A stretch of 64,000 nucleotides of DNA from Azolla caroliniana (lineage: Eukaryota; Plantae; Polypodiophyta): NCBI GenBank assembly GCA_043228905.1, contig JBHGNT010000002.1:20832001-20896000 (forward strand). The letters are read 5' to 3'. Of this stretch, positions 12,961 to 26,730 are shown one piece after another. How positions within the stretch are numbered: position 1 is the stretch's first letter; every line of letters begins with the position of its first letter. The notes under the pieces are model-generated. The model ran no database searches and had not been told where the DNA came from. It was given only the letters and a program-made list of their open reading frames with translations. A program made the position numbers and the translations under genes.

Positions 12961-13378
12961 AAAACCAATAGTTAAAAGGTTCCCAAAGTCATCAATTTGA
13001 GCCAACCCCCTCTTTCCTAGTTCAAGTCCCCAACGGTTCCTCTCACGTTTCGCATGCACTTGCGTAATTTGTGACAATGTATACAAGCTTACATAATTTA
13101 AACCCGTAGGTATGCTTATATGTTAAGAAATACCTAAGGTTACACATGTACTCCCACACTCAATCTTAAACCTACACATCAAAGTTGCACACATATTCAC
13201 TCATAATCATGTTATCACAGTTCATCAAAGACATTCAAAGAAAGCTAAGAGCCACTATAGTCGACAATTACAAGAATCCCAAAGTCATCAAATCAAGAGA
13301 ATCCCATCTTCCTTGGTTTAGGTCTCCATGTGGTCCCACTCACATTTCACATGCACACACATAACTTCACGACATTGT
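12961..13378 (+). repeat. Two copies (12961-13078, 13250-13378) of a short tRNA/SINE-like repeat; a third partial copy at 11815-11878 plus 12543-12558 is split by the hAT
   Basis: Shared CCCAAAGTCATCAA...CTTCCT(A/TG)GTT(CAA/TAG)GTC...GGT(T/C)CC.CTCAC...CATGCAC; B-box-like AGTTCAAGTCC. Confidence 0.5.
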
Positions 13379-14389
13379 TGTTATCACCATTAATTCACTA
13401 AGAAGAGACATTTCCTTCCATTCATGAAGACGATTAGTAGTTTCATTGTTGAGAATAATCTAGCTTTCACATCATTTACACAATGCTCAAGCCTCACACA
13501 AACTAATTGTAGATCTACATTGTCTAAACTTTTTACTAGAGAATCCCAAGTTTTAAGGTAGGGATTGTGTCAAACTATATTACATTGCAATATGATGACC
13601 ATTAGACATGTGTAAAAAGTTGCAATATAGTCTCTAGCCAAATCAATGACATTGCATTTTTCTTGATCTCCCTTCTCATATGTGCCTTCATTTGGTGTTC
13701 CTTGTATCACTTTTGAAAGCTTATGTTTCACCTCTATTTCCTATATCATGCTTTTCTTGTCCCACATTGTGTTCAACTTGTTGATGGACTATAGTACGAA
13801 GTTAAACCCATTTCGAACTCTGCAGTTGCGCACAATAAACTCTATTACTTGGTGGATTGGTTAGGAAATACTCCCAATGATCAAGCTTGGGAGCCCACCA
13901 AGATCTCACTAATTCCCCAAATCTTGTAGAAGAACCGTATCACCCTTATCCTGACAAGTTGTCTTGTTGCATCATAGTATGTGCCTTGTGACTCGTAGAA
14001 CTTTTTGATGTGCCTTGTGGCTCATAGAACTTCTCATTGAAAGGGGGGGGGGGGGATGGGGGGGAATTAGCATACATAGAAAATAAAGTACCCTTTCAGA
14101 TATGTAAGCCCATGAATTTCCTAATATAACCTCCAAACTTTAGCCACTAAGACTTCTTATTTTACATAAAAAAAGGTAACATCTAATGTACACTCATGTA
14201 CATACTCACATTAATATAACATTGAGTAACATTTAAGCATATTGAGAAATATATGTGGCATTAAGACTAAGCCAAGAAACTTGAAATTAAGTGAGAACAA
14301 GACTAACTTGAATCTATTTTTTATGCAATCATCAAAATAATAGGCTTGAATCGTCACCATAATAAATTACTATCTCCCACCATATATAG

Positions 14390-15250
14390 AAATGTTTAAG
14401 AAAACATTGATATTGTCTTTATTAATCCCTGGAAAAAGACAAGTGAAAGACTTTATGTTTTTTTCTCGCCAATGATTGATGATCTCAAAGACTTGTGGAG
14501 TAGTTTGGGTGCCATTGATGCACTAAATCCAATGACAAATAAGCAGGTTAAAAGTTTGTGGGATCCTACCATGAACCATCCATGATTTCCTTAAATGCAA
14601 GCTCTAAAAATGAAAGACTATAAAGCTATGTCATATGTTGATTGGTTAAGAATCAAACTATTATAAGTCCTTAAACAAGAATATGTATCTTATGCATAGA
14701 CCCTTTTTTCATGAAGATCATCTAGGTGAATCCCCATACAAAGATACAACATCACTACCCTAGAAATCCTTAGGTTTTGACCCAAGATTTTTCTTTTTGT
14801 AATAAACTATAGGATAAGATTGATCTAGACTCTAATTGGACAAAATGCTTCGCGATGAAACATTTCATAATGGATAGTGTGATATTCTCAAGACTTAAAA
14901 CACATGACGGACAAAATTTTATTAAAGGTGACCCTTTTTATCTTCTATTAAGTAAATAGTATCATATAATGTTCTAATAACACTCCTTCAATTTCTTTAC
15001 TTTATGTATTGTCAGTGATCATCAATGGTTATTTGGCACCCATGATACAAGATATGATATATTGCTTGGGGTCATTGGCTAGGTTAATTTCCTCAAAAGA
15101 AATATATTTGATTGAAACGCCACAAAAAGAGAAATTATAGAACTTATGTGCTTATTAGCAAAAAATTCCTAGTAATTTTCTTTGATGCCTAATGAATCCT
15201 AAACTATTTTTGGTATGGGTCATCGTAATATTTGACTAGTTTTGAGCAAA
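14390..15250 (+). pseudogene. CACTA/En-Spm transposase (Tnp2 / Transposase_21) relic
   Basis: Broken frames read PGKRQVKD...PMIDDLKDLW...GIL.*TIHDF (cf. PL.D.L..LW...LLWTI.DFP) and LKTHD (cf. GLKSHDCH). Confidence 0.65.
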
Positions 15251-18200
15251 GTACCAAGGCTAACATGCAACCATGCACCACGAGCCTCCATGATTTTGGT
15301 TCATCGAATCTACAAAACTATTGAAGGCAACTAAATACCCCTATATTTTAGCATTTCATTGTGATCAAGCCTATATCAAAGCCAACATAGATATGTGGGG
15401 AGGGGAATGAAATGGAAGAAGACATTTTGGATCATTTGGAGGAGAGCAAGAAGGACCTTGATTATCCATTCACATTGAAATTATAGGCAAGGAGTGGGAG
15501 GATTCAAAGGACAACATCAAAGTTGACATTTATATCTTTATCAATATATTTGATCAGAATAGATTTTGGGTTTCTACTCACCATGGCAATGAAGTTAGTT
15601 TTTGCTATATAAACTGGCTTGTGATGATAAAGAAACGATTCCAATTTTACTAAACATTGAATGTGATGTCTGCTTGGCAAGGCAATGTCTCCTTATGTTA
15701 GTAAAGGCCCCAAGTGTTTTCTCATCCATCGTCATGGCCATCAATGCACCAAGTTTGAACATTCTTGATAACATGACATCCACTAATTAGATTTGGATTT
15801 TGAGAGGATACTCATTAAACAATCACACCTCTTTAATGGGATACACTAGGGAATACTATAGCACACCCACTTTATATTGGCTCTCGATCTTACTTTTAAG
15901 TTGTGAGTCATAGTATTGCTATGAAGATACCTTAACCGTGCACTAATCCATTTGAAACCAACATGTGTATCCCCCACATGTACTAGTATACATGTGGTTT
16001 TGATTCAAACTACATGCCTTTTTATCATCTCAAGGTCTCACCATCTCACTTCATAACATCAAGAATATATGAAATCCCATTTTTATTACAAACTTTTCTA
16101 GTGAAATGGTTGTCGTCTAGAATGAGCAAAGGTAATGTGTACCATAACCATTTTTGCATTACAAAAAGTAAACAATGAATCCACGCTCTAAAAGAGGAAC
16201 AGTTAACACATACGTCTTTTGGTTCACAATAGTTATATGAAAGAATAATGCTATTATTAGTATTAAAATTGAAAGGCCTAGTACACAATTGAGAAAATAG
16301 TGAATCACTTAGCCACCTACTTCTAGTCATTGCATCACTTCTTTAAGTTGACATGATATTACATATATACTTGAGAATGTGGAGCTCATAAAAGAAATGC
16401 TTCCATGGGGTGGGCGGAAGTGAACAAGGATGGATTGGAATTTGGAAAATGTGATGAGCACATGCCTAAATTTGGGAACTACATATAATTTCATTTAGTG
16501 ATGTTCAAAAATCGCACCATGGGTTTCAATCTCCTTGATGTTTTAAAAATATTTACAAACAACATAGTCAGTACTAATGCACATTTGATGCAGAAAACGA
16601 GGTGATGCAAATGTGTGCATTTGCAATAGTGAAAGTACAATTGTTATAACACTGAGACAGACAAAAAAGAAAGAAAGAGCGAAATATCAATTAATGTCTG
16701 ACAAACCAAAATGGCTTATGAGACCCCCAAAATGTGACAAGCATTATGTTATTTGATATGCCATCATCAATTTTCAGTACAAGGACTCATTAGAGATGTT
16801 TTAATCCAAAGGGTACATTCACACATAGATGTAAGGACAAACCAATGTCTTTGTCCAATACATAATCTCCTATCTTTGCCTTCGGTTTTGCCATAGAGTG
16901 TATTATTCCTCGAAAGATATACCATTCGATGTGGACTTTGTGTAGAGAAACAAAAGAGAAAGTATTGGAAGATTAAAAGCAATTAGAGGGTACGTCATTG
17001 GCTCTATGTCGTGCTTGAGACATGACAATGCCAAACGATATGCTTTCACCTAGATAAAGGTGAAAGCGATGTTCTATCTGCTACTCTAATGCAAACCCAC
17101 CGCGAGTTTTAAGCAACGGATTCAATGCTCAAAAAAAGCCCGAGTTTAGCGTCACTTGCAGTTACCCATATTCAAAAGTCGCCTTCATATTTTTGTGTAT
17201 GTTCCAAAATTTGAAACTGTCATCCATTATCAGCATATATTAGATGAAGGTTTTCTAGACTTTGTTTTCTGAATTAAATAAAGGAAAAGAGAAACTTGAA
17301 CCTACAAACTTGGAGGAACCTCCAATTTTTTGAGACATTCTAGAATTTTAACTCCTATCTAGTATTATCTCCAAAATTTCATGACGTTCCAAACTCAAAA
17401 TCTCCTTCTAGTATTAACATCTAGATAGATATCACTTCCAAATTTTTGTGATATTCCAATATCGAAGCGACCATCCAATGTTGAAATATGTGTCTTAAAT
17501 AAAATAATCGCAAATGAAGGGTTCTAAACTTTGGTTGTTGAAAGAAAATAAAAACAAAGGAAAAAACATAATTCCTAACTCGAAAACTTCGAGGAAATAA
17601 AAGGAGCCAATGTGTGTGAAATGAGTTTAAGGCACAAGACAAAAAGGTATCATTGTCTTTACCAACAAGGGGGGAGGGGGAGACAAGATCTGACAAGAAA
17701 AAAGGTGGTAAGTAAGGTATTAAAAAGTAAAGGCATCTAGACAGACATGTTTTCTTACTCCAATGATTCAACTTCCACAAATGTACTTCATAAAAATTGC
17801 ACCTATTACAATCATCAATACATATAGACATATTTGCAAATACATGTACATGTAAATGCGCATGTTTATACACATACATAATTGTACATTACAACCCCAC
17901 CCAATGGAAAAGCATTCTTCGACCCTATTGTGTCGTTTTTTGCATTACTACAATTAAGTTGGGCTTTTCATATCCAGTTTCTAGGCAGATACTAAAATTT
18001 AAAACTTTCCTCTTTCTCCGAAGTTTCACAAATAGATGTGAAACCCATTTCATAAGATTGGAGCCAAACTTCAAAGTGCTGCCCTACATATACAGATACA
18101 TATACATAATACACAAACATATGTTAGACACAATTTCTTATCATTCATGAAGTACTCACAAGCTTGAAATTCAAAACATTATCCATGAAAAATATATATA

Positions 18201-18854
18201 TACACCCAAATAAAAGGGAGAGATATCAGAGGAAAAAGAAGAAGAAAAAATAGCACTTGCAATAAATGTGTGGTGAAGCGTAATTGGACCAAGTTACTAG
18301 AAGGATTTTGTGATTTAAAGTTTAGGAATTAGGATTCTAGGGTTTGGGGATTGGAGCTTGGGTTTGGTTCCTAGGGGTCTGCACATTGCGGTTAAGATTT
18401 AGTACACGGCACTAAAACCTCCAACCAAGGTCTTCTCTAATTTTTAGGGTTTAAGGCTTAGGGTTAGTTTTTAAGATTAGAATGCGATTTAGTGTTCTAT
18501 TTTGTTTTACCTATGGAACAAGGGTTGTCCAAATACAGAAGATGGTTATCCTTGACCCAGTGAGCTTACATACATGTAAATTGGGAGTTTAGAGTATAAT
18601 TTTCAGCATGATTGTGAACTCCATTGCCATCTTTCCTTTCCACTTTTGTGCATGCGACATGCATTGTGACACATGAAAGAGCCAATACAAGAAATGTCGA
18701 TATGCTTTTATGAATTTCACATGCTTTTGTGAAGGATCCCACCCACTGAAACTCCACTCCATGAAAGGGCATGTATATTTGCAATCGATATACAAAGGCC
18801 AATGTTCCGACGAGTGTATAGGGAATTTCTCTTGCAGTTTTTAGAAGTCCTATG

Positions 18855-19085
18855 AGTGTGTCGAAGCGATGACCAAAGTTAGATCCCAAGAGACGCTTGT
18901 TGGGTTTTCTTGGAATGATCATATTACCCTTCAGAGTAGTTAAATGGCATGTCAAAGTGATGACCGAAGTGGGATTCCGAGAGAGACTTGTTGGGTTTTC
19001 TTGACATTATCATATTGCCTTTATTAGTAGTCAAATGAGCATGTTGAAGTGATGACCGAACTTGGATTCCGAGAGTCTTGTTGCG
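18855..19085 (-). repeat. About 91-bp tandem repeat (about 2.5 copies) spanning the ARF stop codon and 3' UTR
   Basis: GATGACC(G/A)AA recurs near 18868, 18959 and 19050; CTTGTTGGGTTTTCTTG recurs. Confidence 0.85.
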
Positions 19086-22000
19086 TTGTTCCATCTTCTG
19101 AGCTGCTACTTGTCTGCCTTTGGATGGGAAGCAACCCAACTCCATCCCGCATTTGGAAGGCTTCTGAAGGAGACAATATCCTAAATGACCTCACGTTATT
19201 GATGAATACCCTACAAGAGGAGATACATCCATTAGTGAATGATGGTGAATGAAAACCTTGATAAGACAATACAAGTACTTTGGTTCATGAAACAAAATAC
19301 AAATTCTCAAAAGATGCAAAGTACTTCTTTTTTTCTCATCAAAAGTATTGTAGTACTTTCTTGGTTCATAAAACAAAACAAACAAAAGTACTTACTCCCA
19401 AGGATCATCACCAAGTAGTAACCAATCATTTTCTTTGTCCACAAAAATAAGTTGCCAACCAGAGCTTGTATCCTCAAGTTGCCCTTCGAGCATGAATAGC
19501 TTTGCAACCTCGCGACGGAGCTCATCATAATTGCTGAAGCGTGTGACATCCAGTGAACGGCCGACAGATCCAGTCTTGTAAACCTAAAGGGAATCCAAAA
19601 CAAGATGGTTTGACTGATCCAAAAGCGTTGTGGAATGTATTCAATGTTTAAGAGTTTAGGGTTTAAGGTTGGAAGTTTCTAGAATGTTCCAGATTTCTTT
19701 GACTTTTCTAGAAGGTTCTTCTAGAATCCCTAGGGTCAATGCAAGCATGATTTTTTAATGGTTTAAGAGAAGTAAACAGTTTTTGGCACATAATACAATA
19801 AATTGGAACATTCTAAAGAACTCCACGATATTCCAAACACCAGTTCACTACCTGATATTATTACAAGTGAAGTCCTTCCATTTAGAGAAAGGCAATTCTC
19901 TATGATAGATGCTGATAAAGAAACAAGGCAGGCTATTATTACCTTGGTATAAGTCCTTGCTAGTGGAGCATTGGTCACTGGAGAGAAAGATTGCACCAAA
20001 CGAGAATCATCAAGACCTCCATTGAACATGCTCGAACCAAAGTGGGGTTCGATGCCCAATACCGAAGAAGAATTTTGCATAATACATTGGTTTTGTTGGT
20101 CATTAGTGGCATTATATGCCTTTGACAAAGGTGATGGCAAAGAAGAAGGCATCGTCATCATCATGCCAGGTTGAAAGTCACCATTTCCTCCAAATGAGTT
20201 CCTAGAACTAATAAGCTCAGAGTGCATATCTTCAGGAAAGTCCTTGTAATTGTAAGGATTTGATGGTAAACCTGATGAAAAGTTTGATAATGTGGAACAC
20301 GAGTCCAAGGGCCTTGTAGTATCAATGAGCTCCCCTTTTAGCCCATTTGTTGATATTGATGAGTTTAGAACAGCTTGAGATGTGGGCACTGAATTGTCAT
20401 TTAATGGATTTGTCTCAGATGCAAACCCACTAAAAATAGATTGAAGTGTTTGTGACACACCAGTAGATGTGAGGGAAGCATTGGAATCTGTGAGTGTAGA
20501 TTGAGTTGCAGCTATAGTGCTGTTAAGGAGTCCTTGAGGCTGTGAAGATGGCATTCTGCTCAAAATAGTGGCTATATTAGGTGATGATGATGGTTGTTGC
20601 TGCATTTGCTCAACTTGTAGGACTTGAGCGGTAGGGGGTGTATGTTGAGGAGAAGGGGAGTAATTTGAGATCAACTGTGGTTTTTGCTTTTGTTGTTGTT
20701 GGGCTTGTTGTAGAAGATTGTTTGTATTCCTTGGGTGCATAGAATATGGAAGACATTGAAATGGAGATGTGGGCTGTGGCATGGAGGATGAAACCTGCAT
20801 TTGTTGGGGAATTTGTTGATGATGAAGTGACTGTTGGTGCTGTGATGGTGGTGGTAATGACTGATGATGGAGTTGTTGATGTTGCGGTGGTGAAGGTGAG
20901 GTTAATGACTGTGGTAGTGATTGATGATGGAGTTGTTGTGGTGGTAATGACTGCGGTAGTGATTGATGATGAAGTTGTTGTGGTAATGATTGTGGGAGTG
21001 ATTGATGATGCTGTTGTAAAGATTGAAAATGAACCTGCTGTTGTGGTAATGGTTGATGATGAAGTTGCGGTACTAATGTTTGATGATGAACTTGTTGCGA
21101 TAATGATTGATGCGGAAGTTGGTGTCCTAATGATTGATGTTGAAGTTGAGGCAACGCTTGATGCTGAAGTTGTTGAGGTAATGATTGATGCTGAAGTTGC
21201 TGTGGTACTGATTGTGGTGGTGATTGTTGAGGAAGTTGTTGCGGCAATGATTGGGGTGATGATGGATGATGAAGTTGTTGTGGTTGTAATGATTGTGGTG
21301 ATGATTGATGATGAAGTTGCTGTTGAGGTAATGGTTGTGGTGATGATGATTGATGCTGAAGCTGTTGTGGAAACGGTTGTTGAGTTTGAAGTAAGGGCTG
21401 TTCTTGTGGGTGAAAGAGGAACTGTGCAGCTTGCTGTTGTCTGTAAAACATTTGATCAGCTTGTATACCTGGGGGATGCTGTTGGAAATTCAACTGTTTT
21501 GAAGGGAAAATCTCTTGTAATGCTGCAGCCCCTAGAGCACCATAGATATCAGATTCGTGACTGGAATCTGCCCTTCTTTGAATAGAGCCCAATAGTGGAT
21601 TCATGGCCATCCCATTATTCGGATTTGGATATGGCATCCACATTGACTGTTGCTTCAAGCTCTCCATTTCAAGATCTGATGACAGATAAACAAAACATAT
21701 GATCACCTATGACTATGAGGAGACATATAAAACCATATTTGTTGTAGCAAATGCATTCTCCTATCAAAATGTGTCATAGAAAATATTCCATTCTAACATA
21801 ATGCTTTCTTCTAATATAATGCTTTTTTTTTAACGTCAAGATCACGAAACTCTATTAGCTATCTTCAGTGTATATATGAACAGTTTAAGCCTTCCGCAAG
21901 CTTATTATGAATATAATCGTTCAAAGGGATCATGATACCTTAGGATGCAAAAAAATGGAAAATACTTATTTGGAGGATTACCGCTTGAAAATGAGGCTCC

Positions 22001-25000
22001 AACTGGTTGTGGCCAAGGATGCTTCAACCTCCAATTGGTTGTTGGTGGATAGACAAGAAAAGTCGTAAGTGGTTCAATTTCCCATAAGGAAACTCTCCTT
22101 TGTCGCTCACAAGCTGTAGATTCATCCCATCCTACCTGAAGAAGAAAAAGAAAATAATATAAGATAATCCACATTCGAGTGTCAATGTTTTCCATGGGTC
22201 AATACACTCTTGTTGATATTTTTTAGAGATGTCATCACTGAATAAATACGGTGGAATCATTTCAGTTCAGTAAAACAACATCAGGATTGACAGGTCTATC
22301 TTACCTTTATCGACCGCCATTGTGAATTTGGCCATCGAACCGGATCTAGGTCACAAATACCAGTAATTGTTCCCATATACCTACACATAAAGAACAGTTA
22401 TCTTTCAATTAGAAAAGACATATTGAGCTTTTTGCACGTCATCTTAAAACAAGCTCTGTTGATAAAGACTTGTTCATATGCCTAACATCTGATAAACAGA
22501 TATGTTACGTATTTCTTCTGAAAGAAATGAACCTTCACCTTCGGACACTGGACTCTTCAGTTTCAAATAGCATCCGAAAACGCATGCCCACGGACACCCT
22601 TGTGTGGTATACAGCTTTCTCAAACTTGGTATAAGGGATCACAAATTCTGAAGGGCTTGCTCTGGATGGAAGATCAGAAGGAAATGACTGAATAAGCAAA
22701 CAGACATTACATGCTAAAGCTCAATATGAAAGAATTCATACAAATTATTTCTTATATACATATTTAAAACATATAGACATGATGATTGTACGGTGGTAAA
22801 CCTTGTGCTATGTAACTACCGGTTGTGCATTCAAGTCTTGGGCGATGGGTTTGAAATTGCATTCACAATGAAAATATAAAAATCCTTTTAACTCTTTTGG
22901 TTTGGGACAACGCACACTTACAGTTTCCTCCAAGAAAATTTCGTTTTACAACATTCACAAGGTTCATAATACAAAGAGTGTAGCATTTGAAACAATATTA
23001 CCCTTTAAAAGGCAACAAATGCTAACAAACTCGCATGATAAATTAGCTGAACTGAATCACACCCATCAAATTCTGGTCTTACCTCGGGTTATAAAACACT
23101 GTGAATCGGCTGTTCGTATTTGCAGCATGTGCAGCTGCAGCAAGCACTCCAATATGCATACTATCACTCGATAAAACTGATGAAGGTAATACTGTTTGTG
23201 GCCTATTTGCTCGTCGGATTCCTAGCAATAATTGGCCCTTCTCATTCCTAGACTCAAAAATTAATGTCACAAGGTATCATCAGCGAGGTACTCATGCATA
23301 CTGAACACTAATTGGATAAACCATGTATGTTTGTGGTTGCATAAACATTGGAACAATATCTATGGAAGGACTCTAAGAGATTGATTGTTAAACTGAATTA
23401 ATACACGTGATATCACGTCGTTGTATTGCACACATGGTTCCATAACCAAAGAAGAAGTACATATATTGATCATATTAAATAGGATGTTTTATAAGCAGAA
23501 GATATACTATGATATCATATAAATTGTTATAGCTCATTGAGATACACAATATCATGGCATTGTATTGCACATCAAGTTACTATAATATCATGTCATTGAT
23601 ATTGGCATGAAGTTACCAAAGAAGAGACATATATATTCAAGGTATTTAAAGTATTTACCTTAAGCTGAAGTCATGTCATTGGTATTGCACATATAGACAT
23701 ATACATTTATCTCATGATATCATAGTATATATTCAGCTAGTTCCTAGAACGTTTTTATTATACATCTTATATATATACCTAATAAAAAGAACGGAATCGC
23801 CTGCTGTCAGTCTCTTTGCGCTTACAAAGACACTCCAACCTGTTGTGAGGAGATGTCTCTTCGGCTGCCCTGTGGTGGGTAACCAAGCATACATAAGTCT
23901 TGTATCACAAATATAGAACCACACTGATATAGAAGAAAAGGTTTCTAAAACCATAGTGAAAACCTCTCAGAAATTACCTCTATAAATATGTCGGAACTTC
24001 CACTCGGTGTCATGTAAATCATGAGCTGCAAGCTCCTGTGCAGGTGGTTGTTGGGAGTAGTTCTGTAAGAAACAATTTTATTCAATTCACAATGAGCATT
24101 TTGAAAACATTTCATTCTGAATGCATCTGTTTATGTGTTACATTAAGAGACATAAACATAGATTCATACATATATACATATATATACCATGTACATACGT
24201 ACATACATACATATACACATCCATAAATACATACATACATACATGCATGCACGCATGCATATACATGTTTACAATATATATGTCATGAAGTCTTAAAAAA
24301 TCATCTCTTTGAAATTTTATTCTTTTGTTTAATCTTATTCATGTACATCTCTTACAAGTGGTGGGAAAACTTTCTCAGCTGCACGCCGGGGTATTGAAAA
24401 TCCACCATGGGTGCTTGTATCACTGGCTGTGAGTGTCTTGCAGAAGAAAATATTTGGCTGCCTGCTCTGTGATCCCATGTCTGGTACAAATGATGATTCT
24501 TTCTCCTGCTAAAAGAAGGGAGGAAACAAAGACAAAGAAGATACAAATGACACCAAAATTAGGTATTATGCCCATATATACGACTTTTATAGTTATTAGC
24601 CCACATATTATTGATACATTCTTTGAAAGTTTTGGATCAGAATGAATTATATATACATACCCCAGTTATAGGCTGGAGAGTCATTTGGCAATAGACTTCA
24701 TCAGTTTCCATATCCGCCTATCCAAAGACCCCAAAACACACTCAAAATGTTGAGACAAAGCTTCTTATTAAACTACCACTTTATGAAAGCATAAAAGCCA
24801 ATGTAACAAATTTTTTTTTAAAAGGGTTCAACTTAATCAAAGAAAAGACGCTGATCTAATGCTTTTGGTGGGTTTCCCACCTCATGTAGAGATTACCTTA
24901 GCAATATAAGTTATTACTTAAAAAGTAAAAAGATAAAGGTTAGAGAAGGAATGCATAAACTTACATGAAGGATCACATCATGAAGTTGGCAAATGAGCTG

Positions 25001-25954
25001 AGGAGGAAGGTTAGGATAAGCTGGAATATGGGCATCTGCTTCTTTCTGTGTAGATGCAGCCACCTGAATTAATGAACATGAAAACAACAGTATAAAAGAC
25101 CACCTTAATATATTGTAAAAGACTCCTAAACCACATTGAGAAATGATGCACTATTACACGGTTATTACTAATTAGAAGAATCTCTTAACACCATTGTTTT
25201 TCTTACCAAGGCCTTATTGTTGTATATTCCTAACAAACATTTCAAGAATAGAGCTTTTTTAACTATATAGAGAAGGAATTCAAACACACTTGCTCACTGT
25301 GCCCTTGAGGCAGATAAACGACCCGACTTCCTATGGTTGGCAGCGATACAAGCGGCCCGGCGCATGCATGCCATAGCTCTGAGTTCAGATTCTTCCTTTC
25401 ACCTGCAAGGCCCCAATCCAAATCTCTATGTATGTATGTATGTATGGATGGATGGATGGATGTACCTATGTGCATGTGTGTATGTGTGTGTGTGTGTGTA
25501 CACATATATACATGAATGTATACGCATATATGTGGGTATGTATGCACGTCTGTATATGTATGTATGTGCGTATGTATGTATGTATGTATGTATGTATGTA
25601 TGTATGTATGTATGTATGTATGTATGATGAGATTTGAAAATCCAACCATTCAATTGGATGATCAAACCTTAGCCATAGCCATAGCCATAGCCATAGACAG
25701 ACCAATGGGAAACCCTCTCGCACGTTAAACAAGCAACAGTAGAAACTTAGATAAAGAAAAGCTTTGCAAGAAAGAAACGGAACGCAAATTGTTGTCAGTG
25801 TGAGATATATGTGTATAAAGAAATTATATGCGTATGTATTATGCAAATCTATATATGGATTATTGATGTTGTGTTATGTACCAGAATCTGGAGTTGCGAC
25901 AAAGAGTGAAGAAGCATTGGGTAGCCGTGTCTGCGAAGAAGAATTCATCAGCAT
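19024..25954 (-). CDS. ARF: Class A auxin response factor, ARF6/ARF8-like (B3 DNA-binding domain, dimerisation/ancillary domain, Q-rich middle region, PB1 domain); 14 exons, about 1098 aa
   Basis: Manually spliced GT-AG exons in consistent phase: 25954-25882, 25402-25290, 25063-24965, 24717-24661, 24508-24356, 24062-23978, 23869-23779, 23247-23083, 22661-22539, 22380-22305, 22135-21982, 21675-19943, 19583-19396, 19210-19024 (3297 nt). Motifs: [94 protein letters not shown], terminal SFDY*. Exon 1 start is the least certain part. Confidence 0.95.
20810..21400 (-). repeat. Coding tandem repeat QQLHHQSLP (about 27-33-nt units) in ARF exon 12
   Basis: About 15 imperfect units visible in ORF 19763..21706. 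Confidence 0.85.
25428..25696. repeat. Microsatellites in ARF intron 1: (TATG)n, (GGAT)n, (TG)n, (TAGCCA)n
   Basis: Directly visible. Confidence 0.95.
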
Positions 25955-26465
25955 CTCTCGAAGAAAAAGAAGAAGAAAATGGCGAATTGAGCTTCGTAAA
26001 TGGCGAAGATGGGGGATATAGAGATATGGATGCAGTAGTAGAGATGTAGGTAGAAAATGTTTCTAGAGTTGAAGCAGGTGGAGGAAGAGCAAGAGGGTGA
26101 TTAATCTGTGGATAATAGAGGAGACAGAAATCTGAGAATCAGAGGTTCCATGGAAATGGGTCATTTGACCATAATTATTCCTGGATTTTCATACAAATGT
26201 AGAAGAAGGCAAAGGAAGGGATTCAGTTGTGGGATTAGTGAACAGATGTAAAGAGATTGTTTTCTTCCAATCAGGAGACATAACAGCAATGGCCTTTTCT
26301 CTGATGATGGAATGGATAAGTAGAATCAAGCATATCAAAATGCCTCGAAGCTAATACATAACGTATTCTATGTTTGTTTGTATTGTATGGATGAGAGAGA
26401 AGAGCCCCAAAAAAGGGTCTGTTTTTTTTTTCTTCTTTGTTTTTGATTCACAGTGTTCTTCCATG

Positions 26466-26481
26466 AGGAATGAATGAATGA

Positions 26482-26532
<51 letters not shown>

Positions 26533-26555
26533 TATGAGCTCGGGAACAGAGAGAA

Positions 26556-26595
<40 letters not shown>

Positions 26596-26672
26596 ATTTC
26601 TTTTCTTTCCCTTTATACTTTCAGTTTTCTTTTCTAGTTTTCAATGGAATGAATGAATGAGCTCAGAAACAG

Positions 26673-26730
<58 letters not shown>

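Noticed and set aside
18300-18480. TTTAGGG-like motifs suggesting interstitial telomere
   Set aside because: Scattered and degenerate, no tandem array
20746-21585. 279-aa V/M/D-rich plus-strand ORF
   Set aside because: Antisense shadow of the Q/H/P repeat in ARF exon 12
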